DNA of 64,000 nucleotides from Candidatus Limnocylindrales bacterium (GCA_049514315.1 JBEKVD010000005.1:2580-66579), one strand, 5' to 3'; positions 1 to 14,104 are shown, counted from the stretch's first letter. The notes: generated by a model from the sequence alone, not told the origin. Numbers and translations are program-made.

Positions 1-289
<289 letters not shown>

Positions 290-474
290 CTACTCGACCC
301 GACTCGATCCTGGAAGCTCGAGTAGTATACGCGCCCAACCGGGTCGAGGCTCTCCTCTCGGTCGAGCAGGCTCGGCAGGCTGCGGCAGTTTACCTCCGCC
401 GCGCAAGTAGCGACGGACGCCGTATCGACGGGTCCCGCACCTGCTGGTCTGGGAAGGCCCCGGCGCCGGCCGGC

Positions 475-1239
475 TCAGGCGCTCCGATCGAACGCCACGC
501 CGCGGTCCCGCAACGACACGAAACCATCTCCGGCCACGATCAAGTGATCCAGCAACTGGATGTCGAGCAGGCGGCCCGCGGCAAGCGCCTCTGCCGTCAA
601 CCTGAGGTCGTCCGGGCTGGGCGTCGAATCGCCGGACGGGTGATTGTGAACCAGGATCACGCCGGTGGCATTCAACCGGACGGCATCGCGGAACAGCTCG
701 CCGATGCGAACCAGGCTGGACGAAACGTTTCCCTGGTAGACGGTCACCTGCCGCAGGACGGCGTTGCGAGTGTTGAGCAGCACGACACGGAGCTCCTCGC
801 GCTCCAGGTAGCCCATCTGGGGCACCAGTCGCTCCCCCACGTCGCGCGGCGCTCGAACCGTCCAGCGGCCCTGCGGCCAGTCCGTCACGACTCGACGGCC
901 GAGCTCGAATGCGGCGCTCAACTGGGCCGCCCGGACCGGCCCTACCCCCGGGACCGTCTCCAGCTCGACGTCCGTGGCGCGGGCCAGCCCCACCAGCCCT
1001 TCATGCCGGCGCAGTGCGTCGATCGCCGCGTCGACCGCCGTATGGCCGTGCGTACCGGATCCCCACAGGATCCCGATCAGCTCTGCCGCGGTCAACGCTC
1101 CCGCGCCGTGGAGAGCCAGCCGCTCCCTGGGCCGTTCGGGCTGAGCGCCGGATCCGATCGGCCCCGCCAGCTGCTCGGCTCCGCCACGCGCAACCTGCTC
1201 TTCCTCGACGGGCTCGGCCCGGACGTTTGGCCGACTCAC
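475..1239 (-). CDS. radC: RadC-family (JAMM/MPN+) protein
   Basis: C-terminal JAMM motif VILVHNHPSGDSTPSPDD and N-terminal HhH-like region ELIGILWGSG. The track ORF begins at a TTG (1296). I prefer the GTG at 1239, which is preceded by GGGAGGA with 9-nt spacing. The start is uncertain. Confidence 0.8.
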   Translation of the reverse strand: MSRPNVRAEPVEEEQVARGGAEQLAGPIGSGAQPERPRERLALHGAGALTAAELIGILWGSGTHGHTAVDAAIDALRRHEGLVGLARATDVELETVPGVGPVRAAQLSAAFELGRRVVTDWPQGRWTVRAPRDVGERLVPQMGYLEREELRVVLLNTRNAVLRQVTVYQGNVSSSLVRIGELFRDAVRLNATGVILVHNHPSGDSTPSPDDLRLTAEALAAGRLLDIQLLDHLIVAGDGFVSLRDRGVAFDRSA

Positions 1240-1649
1240 TGGGTCCCATCCTCCCGTGGCGGCAAGCGAAGGGGATCCACCCGCTCCCAGAGCCAAACGA
1301 TGGGAGCCCGCCGATTCCTCCCGCCATCGGGCTCCGGGAGCGACAGGAGCCTACGCAACCCGGCTTAGCAGCGGCCCAACCGCCGCTTACCGACGGCCGT
1401 CCCACGCAGGCAGATGCTGGCCGGGCCGGCGTTCTCCCAAACGAGCGGCACCGTCGCCGGCCGCTCGCAAGGAAGGAAACGGGCTTGATCGCGCCGTTGC
1501 AGCCGGCAAGTGGAATGCCGGGGCCTGGATAGATCGACGGCCCGCAAGTCAGTTCCCGCGCGGTCAGCCGTAAGCGCTCAGGCCGTCACTCTCCCGTTTC
1601 AGTCCGGTGGTCGGGCACGGGGCCGTGGAGTCTACGGAGGAGCTCGCCT

Positions 1650-1713
1650 CAGCCCTCGACGGCGGGCGTGCTGTTGCCGATCAGCCCCCGACGGCGGGCG
1701 TGCTGTTGCCGAT
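1650..1713. repeat. 32-bp tandem duplication (2 copies, 31/32 identical) spanning the stop codon of the Zn-ribbon membrane protein gene
   Basis: 1650-1681 is cagccctcgacggcgggcgtgctgttgccgat. 1682-1713 is cagcccccgacggcgggcgtgctgttgccgat. On the minus strand each copy ends in ...GGC TGA. Confidence 0.9.
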
Positions 1714-2292
1714 CGTGCCACCGGCCGGCCGCGCCGGCACTGCCTGACCGATGCCCTCGGGCCTTGGGACGCCGACCATACTGCTCGTGACGGGCCGGTC
1801 GGCCGTGATCGGACGCTCGAAGTCATTGCCACACCAGGCGCACAGAGTCCAATCGAGGCCGACCAGCCGATCGCAGTTGGGGCAGACTCGATTCAGCCGG
1901 GTCCGGCACCACGGACATATGATCCACGCCTCGTTCACCCGTCGATCGCAACCTCGACACGTCCTCACGGCCTCGACCTCGGCGAGCAGTGCCTCTTCGG
2001 TCAGGTTCCGCTCGTAGACCTCGCCCAGGCGCTCCGCCGGTCTGATTACCCGGTAGACGATCACACCGAGGAAGAAGAAGAACGGCGTGGGCAGGAGGAT
2101 TAGAGCGGCGGCGACATACGGCATGACCGGGTTCTCGGTTCGTTCGTGCATGTCGCGGAAGGCCCAGAAGGCGGCCGCAAGCCAGACGACGAACAGGTAG
2201 AGCACGATCGAATCGAGGATGAGCTGGACGATCCCACTCGACACGAACGAGTTGAATGCGTTCCCCAGCTGGCCGGTCAGATCTGTTGACAT
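1681..2292 (-). CDS. Membrane protein with C-terminal double zinc-ribbon domain
   Basis: Two N-terminal hydrophobic helices (IVLYLFVVWLAAAFWAF, AAALILLPTPFFFFLGVIVY) are followed by four CxxC pairs (CRGCD..CPWCR..CPNCD..CAWCG). Confidence 0.7.
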   Translation of the reverse strand: MSTDLTGQLGNAFNSFVSSGIVQLILDSIVLYLFVVWLAAAFWAFRDMHERTENPVMPYVAAALILLPTPFFFFLGVIVYRVIRPAERLGEVYERNLTEEALLAEVEAVRTCRGCDRRVNEAWIICPWCRTRLNRVCPNCDRLVGLDWTLCAWCGNDFERPITADRPVTSSMVGVPRPEGIGQAVPARPAGGTIGNSTPAVGG

Positions 2293-2507
2293 CGGGTTCG
2301 GCTCTCTCGGTCCGCCCTTTCAAGGGGTTCTCCGTCGCCTGGGAGAGGCGTTGGGCAGTGTAGCAGGGTGCTACCGGCAGCCGGCCTGCGACGGCCCGCG
2401 TGAGACGGCGCTCGAGTGCCGGTGGTGACGATTCGGCCGACGGTCGGGTTCTCGCAGCCAGCCCTCTCACGGCCGATTGCGCCGCAAACGGCTCGGCGCC
2501 GCCATGG

Positions 2508-3572
2508 TTACTGGCGCCGTCCAGGGCCCTCCTCGGCCGCCGAGGCTGTCTGTGTCTCCGACAGGGCCGCTGCCGTCTCCACGGTGAAGGCGGCGCTGCG
2601 CCATGCCGAGGCCACTCCGGCGATGGCCAGGGTGACCAACCAGGTCACGCCGAGCGCTGCCGTCGCCAGCATGAACACGGCGGGCCTGAAGTCCCGAGTG
2701 GCGCTGAGTGGGCCCAGTCCGAGCGTTATCAAGAGCGGCTGCTCGGTTCGGGCGGCGACCCGGATCCAGTCGAAGACCGTGGCTGTTGCCGCCATCGCCA
2801 GCCCAATCGCGGCGACGCTCGCACCGAAGAAGACGACAACGGTGGAGACCGTGGATATGGGCCGCCGGACGACCTGGACGAGCGCACCGACTATCGATCG
2901 CGGGACGCCGGGATCGAGCAGAACGAGTCGCCTGACCGCAACGGCCGCGACCACTTCCGATGCCAGCCACACCAGGCCGATCACGACGAACGCATCTGCG
3001 GAGCTCTCGACCACGCGAACCGGCAGTGGCGTAGCCAGGTTCGTCGGCGTCGTGAGCTGGACATAGGCCGCGTCGTAGATACGCGAGCTGGCCCAGACGA
3101 TGGCCAGGACCAGCGGTACCACGCATACCGCCCGGATGGCCGCGAGGTCGAGAACGATCCGCAGGTCCGGCAGCGATCGCGATCGACGCAAGGCCTGCCC
3201 TGCCGGGTCGATCGCGGCTTCGATCAGCCAGATGTCGATGAGCGACCCGACCAGAAACGCGAGCAGCAGCCATACCGCGGACAGCGCCGAGAAGATCGCC
3301 ACCATCTCGAAGAGCCAGAACGTTGGGCGGCCGTCGATGCCGAACGCATCGACACCCGTGGCGCCGGCGATGCCGATCACGGATGGCAGCACCGAGATCG
3401 GCACGAGAAGCAGCACGATCCCGCCACGCAGCAAGAACCCGGCCAGCGCGACAATAATCGTGTCTCGGTCCGCGATCCCGAATCCCAGGGCGCACCGCAT
3501 CCGGCTTGCCCGACCCGCCCCGGCCGGATCGTCGCGCTGAGCGCCCGCGAGCCGCTCCGCTCGCTCGACCAC
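2508..3572 (-). CDS. Polytopic integral membrane protein, unknown function
   Basis: 354-aa ORF with multiple hydrophobic segments and coding-like GC3 bias. It sits 6 nt downstream of the UPF0182 stop on the same strand. The start could instead be the internal Met (MRCALGF). Confidence 0.6.
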   Translation of the reverse strand: MVERAERLAGAQRDDPAGAGRASRMRCALGFGIADRDTIIVALAGFLLRGGIVLLLVPISVLPSVIGIAGATGVDAFGIDGRPTFWLFEMVAIFSALSAVWLLLAFLVGSLIDIWLIEAAIDPAGQALRRSRSLPDLRIVLDLAAIRAVCVVPLVLAIVWASSRIYDAAYVQLTTPTNLATPLPVRVVESSADAFVVIGLVWLASEVVAAVAVRRLVLLDPGVPRSIVGALVQVVRRPISTVSTVVVFFGASVAAIGLAMAATATVFDWIRVAARTEQPLLITLGLGPLSATRDFRPAVFMLATAALGVTWLVTLAIAGVASAWRSAAFTVETAAALSETQTASAAEEGPGRRQ

Positions 3573-3577
3573 CCCGG

Positions 3578-6500
3578 CTACGACCCCGAAGGAGCCGGCG
3601 TGCCCAGCACCGCCTCGAGCTGTGTCAGCAGCTGTCCGACGATGTTCATCTCCTGCTGGTAAGTCGCCAGATCACCGTTGTGGAGGGCTGCCTGCGCAGC
3701 CTGGTAGTGGGCGTTGGCCTCCGATATCAACTGCTGGGCGGTGCCGCTCAGCGAGACGCTGGGCAGAGCCGTGGGCGTCCCAGACTGCGAAGGGCTGGCC
3801 GCCGGCGGGCTCGGAGTGGCCGATGTTCCGGGCGATGGCGAACCTCCGGGCCCGGTCGTCCCCTGGCCGGCGTAGATCTGGGTCAGGGCGTCCTGCAGGG
3901 TGTTGCCCCAGACGATCTGGGTCTGGGTCCCGATGATCACCTTCTGGAAGACCGGCAAACCGTTGCTCGACGCTTTCAGGTAGACCGGCTCGACATACAT
4001 CAGCGAGTTCTGCAGCGGTATGACAAGCAGGTTGCCGAGAATTACGTTGCTTCCGACCTGGCCCCAGAGGGTGATTTGCTGGCTTATATCCTTGTTCTGG
4101 GCTATGAGGGCCTCGATTTGCTGTGGCCCGAACACGTTCGACTGCCGCGGGAAGTCGAAGACGCTTACCTGCCCGTAGGCGGCCGGGTCGTTGTGGGCCG
4201 CCACCCAGGCAATCATGTTCTGGCGGCCTTGCGGCACCATCGGCTGCAGCAGGACGAATTCCGGGTTTGTCTGGCCCGGGACGCGCATCTGCACGTAGTA
4301 GGCCTGCAGGCCGAGCTGCTGGGTCCCGGTGCTGCCGCCGGTGTCGGCGCTCGGGGGGAGCTGCCAGACGTCGTTGCCCTGGTAGAAGACGCTCGGGTCG
4401 GTGACGTGGTACTTCGCGAACTGATACGTCTGCGCGTTGAAGATGTCTTCGGGGTAGCGCAGGTGTCCGGGGTTCGTGGCGTCGCCCCTGATGTCAACCG
4501 GCATGTCCGACATGGGTTTGAAGAGGCTGGGGAAGACACCCTGCCAGGCCTGGATGATCGGGTCGTTGGGATCGGCCACGTAGAACGACATCGTGCCGTC
4601 GTAGGCGTCCATGACGATCTTCACGCTGTTTCGGACGTAGTTGAAAGGATCGCCCGCGAGCCCGCTGACCGACGGGTCTGTGCCCGGGTCGTAGAGGTTC
4701 GAGTCGGGGAACGCGGCGCTGGTCGTGTAGGCATCCAGGACGTAGTCGAGGCGGCCGCTCGACGTCACGACCAGGTACGGATCCTTGTCGAAGCGCAGGA
4801 ACGGAGCCAGGGCTTCGGCGCGCTCCTGGATGGAGCGGTTGTAGAGGAGCTGGCTGCTACCCGTGATCTGGCTGCTGATGAGCATGTTCAGGTCGCCGAA
4901 CTTGGCTGCGAAGAGAAGGCGGGCCAGCGGCGTGTCGAGCTTGATGCCGGTGGTCCCGGTCCAGGTCGTGTACTGGTCGCCGCCGGTGCCGGTCGCCGAC
5001 GGATAGTCGAACTCCTGGCTGGCGGCGTCGACGATCACGTAGTTGCTCGAGGTCGTGCCGAAGTAGATGCGCGGCTGCGTGACCGTGGGCGCGCCTGCGG
5101 TTGAGACCGGTGGGAAGTTGCTGATCAACAGGTTCGGCTGCCCGCTCTGCCCAACCTCGTTGACCGGGACCATCACCAGGCCGTAGCCGTGGGTGTAGGT
5201 GATGTGCTGGTTGACCCAGCTCTGATCGCCCTGTGTCAGCTGGGCCAGCTGTGTCGGGTCGAGCTCGCGGCCGGCCAGCATGACCTGCCGGACACACGGA
5301 GGCGCGGAAGGAGCGCAGCTCTGGGCGTCGGTGAAGACGTATCGATCCGTGGCGACTTCCGGGAAGGTGTAGTACTGGCGAAGCACCTGCAGCCCGTCGA
5401 GGGTCGCCGAGAGCGGCGAGATGTCCCACAACCGAACGTTCTGGATCGTCGAGGACTCCGCCTGCACCGCCGCCGGCGTTATGTCGCTCTCCGGCGTGTA
5501 CTGGGTAGTCGACCAGCCGGTCAAATCGAAGGCCAGGCGCGTCTCCGTGATGTTGTCCGTGATGTACGGCGATTCCTGGGCTTGCTGGTTGGGTACCACC
5601 GAGAACCGCTGTACCAGCTGCGGATAGCCCACATCGAGGATGAGAAAGGCGCCGGCCCAGAAGATGAGAGTGAGAGCCAGCGGCGTGCGCCAGCGGGTGT
5701 ACGAGAAGGCGACGACGAAGCAGCCGATGAAGGCCGTCAAGACCGTCATCACGTTGATGGCCAGCATCTTGGCGTTGTAGTCGGAGTAGCTGACGCCCTG
5801 GAAGATACCGCTGGTGTTGCTGTAGACGAGCTCGTAGCGGTCCAGCTGGTAACCCACGGCCGCCGACCAGAGCCACAGCGCCGCCAGCAGGCCGAGATGG
5901 ACGCGAGCTGCGGTCGGCATCGAGGCGCCCGAGACGACCGCGATCAAGTAGCGAATCCCGACCAGCACCAGCGCAATCAGCAGCAGAGAGTTTGCAGCCG
6001 ACTGGATGAGCCGGTAGAAAGGCAGCTCGAACATGAAGAAGCCGATGTCCTTGCCGAAGATCGGGTCGGTCTGGCCGAACGGAACCCGGTGCAGGAAGAG
6101 CTGAATCGTGTTCCAGCCCCCCAACGCCAGCCCGCCCATGGCAAGCCCAACGAGCAGGGCGAAGGCGAGCAGGCTCCAGAAGACGGGACGCCCGATGTCC
6201 GGCACCGCGACGGCTTCGCCTTTGACGGTTCGGCTCGGCGGTGTCCCGAACGGTCCGCTTCCGAACGTTCCGCCGCCGAAATATCTGTCGACGTTGAAGC
6301 GATCGAGCAAGTCGTCCAGTGAGAACCGTCGCAGCTGGCCCTTCGGAATGAACCTCCCGGCCAGCCAGAGGTTGACCCACAGCACCAGGAAGGAGATCAC
6401 CCCGCCGGCGACGAAGATGAGGATCTGCGATCCGACCCTCGTCCAGAAGACGTTGCTGTAGCCGATGCTCTGGAACCAGATCGCGTCGGTAGCCAGCCCG

Positions 6501-6901
6501 ACGAACAGCATGAAGAGGGGCAGCAGAACGAACAGCGCCAGGACGACCAGGCCCAGGACGATCCAGCGGCGGCCGAGGTGGAACTCGGGGAACTCACCAG
6601 GCGGGCCGCCCGGGTATCGGCGGAAGCGCCCGCCGCGGGCGCCCCGCCTGAAGATCGGGCTCGGCTCCGGGCGGTCCTCGTCTCGATCGGTGTCGTCCGA
6701 ACCGGAACCGTCTGACCTCATGGCTTCGTCCTCCCGTGATCCCCCGTTCGATGGACCCTCGTCGGCGCCCTCGTCCGGCCCGGTCTTCGGCTGCCCGTCG
6801 GCGCCCTCGTCCGGCCCGGGCTTGGGCTGCCCGTCGGCGGCCGCTCTCGCGGCCTCGCGGCGGTGGAGCTCCTCCATGAAGTCGTCGAACATGTTTGGCA
6901 C
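3578..6901 (-). CDS. UPF0182 family large membrane protein (Rv3193c-like)
   Basis: 1107 aa with an N-terminal block of about 7 TM helices followed by a large extracytoplasmic domain. Family-typical strings are ITYTHGYGLVMVPVNE and LLVIPLQNSLMYVEPVYLKA. The acidic/Pro-rich N-terminal extension contains a 12-aa tandem repeat. Confidence 0.85.
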   Translation of the reverse strand: MPNMFDDFMEELHRREAARAAADGQPKPGPDEGADGQPKTGPDEGADEGPSNGGSREDEAMRSDGSGSDDTDRDEDRPEPSPIFRRGARGGRFRRYPGGPPGEFPEFHLGRRWIVLGLVVLALFVLLPLFMLFVGLATDAIWFQSIGYSNVFWTRVGSQILIFVAGGVISFLVLWVNLWLAGRFIPKGQLRRFSLDDLLDRFNVDRYFGGGTFGSGPFGTPPSRTVKGEAVAVPDIGRPVFWSLLAFALLVGLAMGGLALGGWNTIQLFLHRVPFGQTDPIFGKDIGFFMFELPFYRLIQSAANSLLLIALVLVGIRYLIAVVSGASMPTAARVHLGLLAALWLWSAAVGYQLDRYELVYSNTSGIFQGVSYSDYNAKMLAINVMTVLTAFIGCFVVAFSYTRWRTPLALTLIFWAGAFLILDVGYPQLVQRFSVVPNQQAQESPYITDNITETRLAFDLTGWSTTQYTPESDITPAAVQAESSTIQNVRLWDISPLSATLDGLQVLRQYYTFPEVATDRYVFTDAQSCAPSAPPCVRQVMLAGRELDPTQLAQLTQGDQSWVNQHITYTHGYGLVMVPVNEVGQSGQPNLLISNFPPVSTAGAPTVTQPRIYFGTTSSNYVIVDAASQEFDYPSATGTGGDQYTTWTGTTGIKLDTPLARLLFAAKFGDLNMLISSQITGSSQLLYNRSIQERAEALAPFLRFDKDPYLVVTSSGRLDYVLDAYTTSAAFPDSNLYDPGTDPSVSGLAGDPFNYVRNSVKIVMDAYDGTMSFYVADPNDPIIQAWQGVFPSLFKPMSDMPVDIRGDATNPGHLRYPEDIFNAQTYQFAKYHVTDPSVFYQGNDVWQLPPSADTGGSTGTQQLGLQAYYVQMRVPGQTNPEFVLLQPMVPQGRQNMIAWVAAHNDPAAYGQVSVFDFPRQSNVFGPQQIEALIAQNKDISQQITLWGQVGSNVILGNLLVIPLQNSLMYVEPVYLKASSNGLPVFQKVIIGTQTQIVWGNTLQDALTQIYAGQGTTGPGGSPSPGTSATPSPPAASPSQSGTPTALPSVSLSGTAQQLISEANAHYQAAQAALHNGDLATYQQEMNIVGQLLTQLEAVLGTPAPSGS
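6761..6832. repeat. 36-bp in-frame coding tandem repeat (2 copies plus a partial third) in the UPF0182 N-terminal tail
   Basis: 6761-6796 and 6797-6832 differ at 2 positions. They encode DGQPK[PT]GPDEGA twice. Confidence 0.85.
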
Positions 6902-6976
6902 GCGCCGAGTCTAGCGGCCCGGCGGGAATCGAGATACCGGCAAAGGGCAGTTTCGGTTGGTGGCCGGCTGACCGGT

Positions 6977-7082
6977 CGGTCTCGGCACTCGGTTCGTGCC
7001 GCTCGGCCTGGCCCGCTCGGTCTGTCAGGCGGTCTCGGCACTCGGTTCGTGCCGCTCGGCCTGGCCCGCTCGGTCTGTCAGG
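6977..7082. repeat. Perfect 53-bp tandem duplication in the intergenic region upstream of UPF0182
   Basis: cggtctcggcactcggttcgtgccgctcggcctggcccgctcggtctgtcagg occurs at 6977-7029 and identically at 7030-7082. Confidence 0.95.
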
Positions 7083-7107
7083 CGGGGTCGGCCGCGACCC
7101 CGGGGTG

Positions 7108-7569
7108 TCAGTACGAAAGCCTCAGCAAGGCGTCACGGAAGGCGCCGAGCACGGTCCGGGCCAGCTCCGAGTCGCGCATCGCCAGCAGTTGCGCCGGCTC
7201 GAACCGGAAGCCGGCCAGCACCGCAAGTGGCGCGTCCCAGGGCGCGTCCTCGTCCTCCGGCGGCCGGCCGAGGCGCAACCTGAGCTGCTGGCGGCCGTCC
7301 TCCTCCATCACCAGCCCAGACAGCGTGCCCGACAGCGCCGGGCCGAGTCGAAGCAGCGGGGATCCCGGCGGCGTGCCGTAAGCCGGGGCGAGGTCGTTGA
7401 AGGTCAGCAGCGCACCTTCGCGCTCGCACCACAGGAGCGCCACCCACCAGCCATCGGCCAGCGTCTGCGGCTGGGACATACCCACCCGCCGGGCATCGCC
7501 CGGCCCCAGCTCGATCTCGCGCAGGAACGCCGGTCCGGGCGATGGGAGGCGCGGCCTGGGGTCGGTCAT
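7108..7569 (-). CDS. Hypothetical cytoplasmic protein (153 aa)
   Basis: ORF between guaA and UPF0182 on the same strand. I chose the ATG at 7569 (MTDPRPRL) rather than the Arg-rich upstream extension. No recognisable motif. Confidence 0.5.
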   Translation of the reverse strand: MTDPRPRLPSPGPAFLREIELGPGDARRVGMSQPQTLADGWWVALLWCEREGALLTFNDLAPAYGTPPGSPLLRLGPALSGTLSGLVMEEDGRQQLRLRLGRPPEDEDAPWDAPLAVLAGFRFEPAQLLAMRDSELARTVLGAFRDALLRLSY

Positions 7570-7732
7570 CTGATCCACGATGGCCGGGCTGCGGGCGCCC
7601 CGGTTGCCGGTTCGGGCCGGGTGCGCCGGCCGCGGCGGCAGGACTGGGCGTGCGCCGGCTGCGGAGGCAGGATTGAGCCGGGTGCGCCGCACGCAGGGGC
7701 GAGATCAAACGTCCGCCGCACGCTGAAAGCGC

Positions 7733-9328
7733 TCACTCCCACTCGATCGTGGCCGGTGGCTTGGAGCTGATGTCGTACACGACCCTGTTCACGCCGGGCA
7801 CTTCGTTGACGATGCGAGAGCTGATCCTGCCGAGCAAGTCGTAGGGGAGCTTCGCCCAGTCGGCGGTCATGGCGTCTTCGGAGGTGACCGCCCGGATGGC
7901 GACGACATTCGCATAGGTTCGACCGTCGCCCATCACCCCAACAGAACGAAGCGGGGTGAGAATGGCGAACGATTGCCAGATGCTGCGATGCAAGCCGGCG
8001 GACTTGATCTCGTCGACGACGATCGAGTCGGCCTCGCGGAGAGTCTCGAGTCGCTCGGGGGTGACCTCGCCGATGATTCGGATTGCCAGGCCCGGGCCCG
8101 GGAACGGCTGCCGGAAGACCATCGAATCGGGCAGCCCCAGCGCCGTCCCGACGGCCCGAACTTCGTCTTTGAACAGGTACCGCAGCGGCTCGATGAGCTG
8201 GAAGCGGAGGTCGTCGGGGAGGCCGCCAACGTTGTGGTGCGTCTTGATCTTCGCGGCCGTCTTCTCCCTGGCCGAGGTCGCCGATTCGATGACGTCCGGG
8301 TAGAGCGTTCCCTGGGTCAGGAAGTCGATCCGGCCGAGCCTGGCCGCCTCCTCCTCGAAGACGCGAATGAACTCGGCGCCTATGATGCGGCGCTTCCGTT
8401 CGGGGTCGACCACACCCTTGAGCTTGCGGAGGAACCGCTCGCGCGCGTCGACGACCACGACCTTGACGCCCAGTTGCTCGAAGGCCGTCTGCAGCAGCGC
8501 CGTCTCGTTCTTGCGCATCAGCCCGTGGTCGACGTGGACGCACGTCAATCGATCGCCGATCGCCCGGTGGACGAGGGTCGCAGCCACGGCCGAGTCCACT
8601 CCGCCCGAAAGGGCGCACAGGACGCGGCCGTCCGAGCCGGTCCGCCGGCTGTGCTCGTCGACGCGCTGCCTGATCTCCTCCACGGTCGAGACGATGAAGT
8701 TGGCCGGTGTCCACGTCTGACGGGCCCCGGCGATGCCGACGACGAAGTTGCGCAGGACTTCACGACCCTTTGGGGTGTGAACGACCTCGGGGTGGAACTG
8801 GAGCCCGTACATGCCGCGGGAAGGATCGGAGACGGCCGCATAGGGAGTCGAATCGGTCCGCGCGGTCGAGCGGAAGCCGTCGGGCAGGCGTCGGATCGCA
8901 TCGCCGTGGCTCATCCAGACCGACTGCTCGGGCTCGAGTCCTGCGAACAGCGGATCGTCGGTGGCGACCGACACTGCGGCCGGCCCGAACTCCTTCCGCG
9001 AGAACGAGACCACCTCGCCGCCGAGCCCCTCGGCCATGAGATGCAGGCCGTAGCAGATGCCGAGGATCGGTACACCGCCTGCCCAGATGGCCGGATCGGG
9101 GTGAGGCGAGCCGGTGTCATAGACGCTCGACGGGCCGCCGGAGAGGATCACCGCCCTGGGCTTGCGGGCGGCAATCTCGGGCCACGGGGTGTCGAACGGG
9201 AGCAGTTCCGAATAGACCCGGAGCTCTCGAACGCGGCGGGCGATCAGTCGGCTGTACTGGCTGCCGAAGTCGAGCACGATGACGGAGTCAGCGTCGCCGC
9301 CGCCCTGCCCCTCGTCGGTGATCTTCAT
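7733..9328 (-). CDS. guaA: GMP synthase (glutamine-hydrolysing)
   Basis: GATase region [32 protein letters not shown]-pyrophosphatase P-loop [11 protein letters not shown], and the C-terminal KPPATIEWE typical of GuaA. Start taken at MKITDE (9328); the track ORF extends to 9373. Confidence 0.95.
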   Translation of the reverse strand: MKITDEGQGGGDADSVIVLDFGSQYSRLIARRVRELRVYSELLPFDTPWPEIAARKPRAVILSGGPSSVYDTGSPHPDPAIWAGGVPILGICYGLHLMAEGLGGEVVSFSRKEFGPAAVSVATDDPLFAGLEPEQSVWMSHGDAIRRLPDGFRSTARTDSTPYAAVSDPSRGMYGLQFHPEVVHTPKGREVLRNFVVGIAGARQTWTPANFIVSTVEEIRQRVDEHSRRTGSDGRVLCALSGGVDSAVAATLVHRAIGDRLTCVHVDHGLMRKNETALLQTAFEQLGVKVVVVDARERFLRKLKGVVDPERKRRIIGAEFIRVFEEEAARLGRIDFLTQGTLYPDVIESATSAREKTAAKIKTHHNVGGLPDDLRFQLIEPLRYLFKDEVRAVGTALGLPDSMVFRQPFPGPGLAIRIIGEVTPERLETLREADSIVVDEIKSAGLHRSIWQSFAILTPLRSVGVMGDGRTYANVVAIRAVTSEDAMTADWAKLPYDLLGRISSRIVNEVPGVNRVVYDISSKPPATIEWE

Positions 9329-9492
9329 GGTTGCCGCCACTTGAGCCGCCGCTCGCGTCTCGCCCAATCTCATACTCCGCTTCGCACCTTCCGAAGTCTA
9401 GCGTGGGCGCGGTCGAGGCCGACGGATCGCGGGCGCCCGATTGACCGAGCGCAACGCCCGGGCGATCGGCCCGAATCGCGTGAAACGCGAGG

Positions 9493-10032
9493 CTACCCGC
9501 GTTCGGTCGGGTATCCCTGTCGGCGCCAGGCCTCCAGGCCGCCGTGCAGCTCCGTAGCCCTGAATCCGAGCGCTTGGAGGCGCCTCGCCGTCCTGGTAGA
9601 GGCGTGGCAACTGGTATTCCAGCAGTAGACGACGTAGAGCGCATCGCACGGGAGGTCTGCAGTGGTCGCCTCGTCAAGTCCGACGTGGGGCAGATTGATC
9701 GCGCCGGGAAGATGCTCCCGCGCGTACGCCTCCGGATACCTGGCATCGACCACGATCACGCCGGGAGTGCCGAGCATCACGTCGGGGTAGAGGTCTGCCG
9801 GATGGCGAAGCGTGCCGAGGGTGCCGACCCAGTGGAAGCGGGCGGCCGGCTTCGCGGGTGTCGCAGCCTCCCCGGCTCGATCCCTGGCCGGGGACGGCCG
9901 CTCGGCCTGGGCGGCCCCAGGCGGTTGTCTCGGGTCCGACAACGCCGGCAGGTCGATGCGGGGCGTTTCGGCGGCGGTCGGAGGCAGCTCGGCTCGGGGG
10001 TCCGGCCCGGTCGGCATCGGCGGAATCTCCAA
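9493..10032 (-). CDS. Rhodanese-like domain protein with Pro-rich N-terminal region
   Basis: The C-terminal ~110 aa resemble a single rhodanese domain (VIVVDARYPEAYAREHLPGAINLP ... VVYCWNTSCHASTRTARRL..LGF..ELHGGLEAW). Confidence 0.65.
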   Translation of the reverse strand: MEIPPMPTGPDPRAELPPTAAETPRIDLPALSDPRQPPGAAQAERPSPARDRAGEAATPAKPAARFHWVGTLGTLRHPADLYPDVMLGTPGVIVVDARYPEAYAREHLPGAINLPHVGLDEATTADLPCDALYVVYCWNTSCHASTRTARRLQALGFRATELHGGLEAWRRQGYPTERG

Positions 10033-10240
10033 TCGGTTTGGCGTCGTGTCGGAATCCTAGGCGCCGGCGTCGATATTCGCGCGAGGCGGGGCTTGACCCG
10101 GCGCCACACGCTGCAGATGACGCGAGGCCGGGTTTCGCCGGCCAGGGCCAAGGATTGCCCGAGGCGGGGTTTCGCCAGCAGCGTGAACGACCGCGGGCAA
10201 CTGGGCTTCGGCCACGCGCAGGGGCGCGCCCAGCATCGAC

Positions 10241-14104
<3,864 letters not shown>

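Noticed and set aside
3506-5104. 532-aa plus-strand ORF, with similar ones at 5189-6322, 42543-44438, 46604-47986, 49463-51334 and 62274-63773
   Set aside because: All are antisense to genes with clear family signatures (UPF0182, tkt, tal, E1, rho). They show no motifs of their own.
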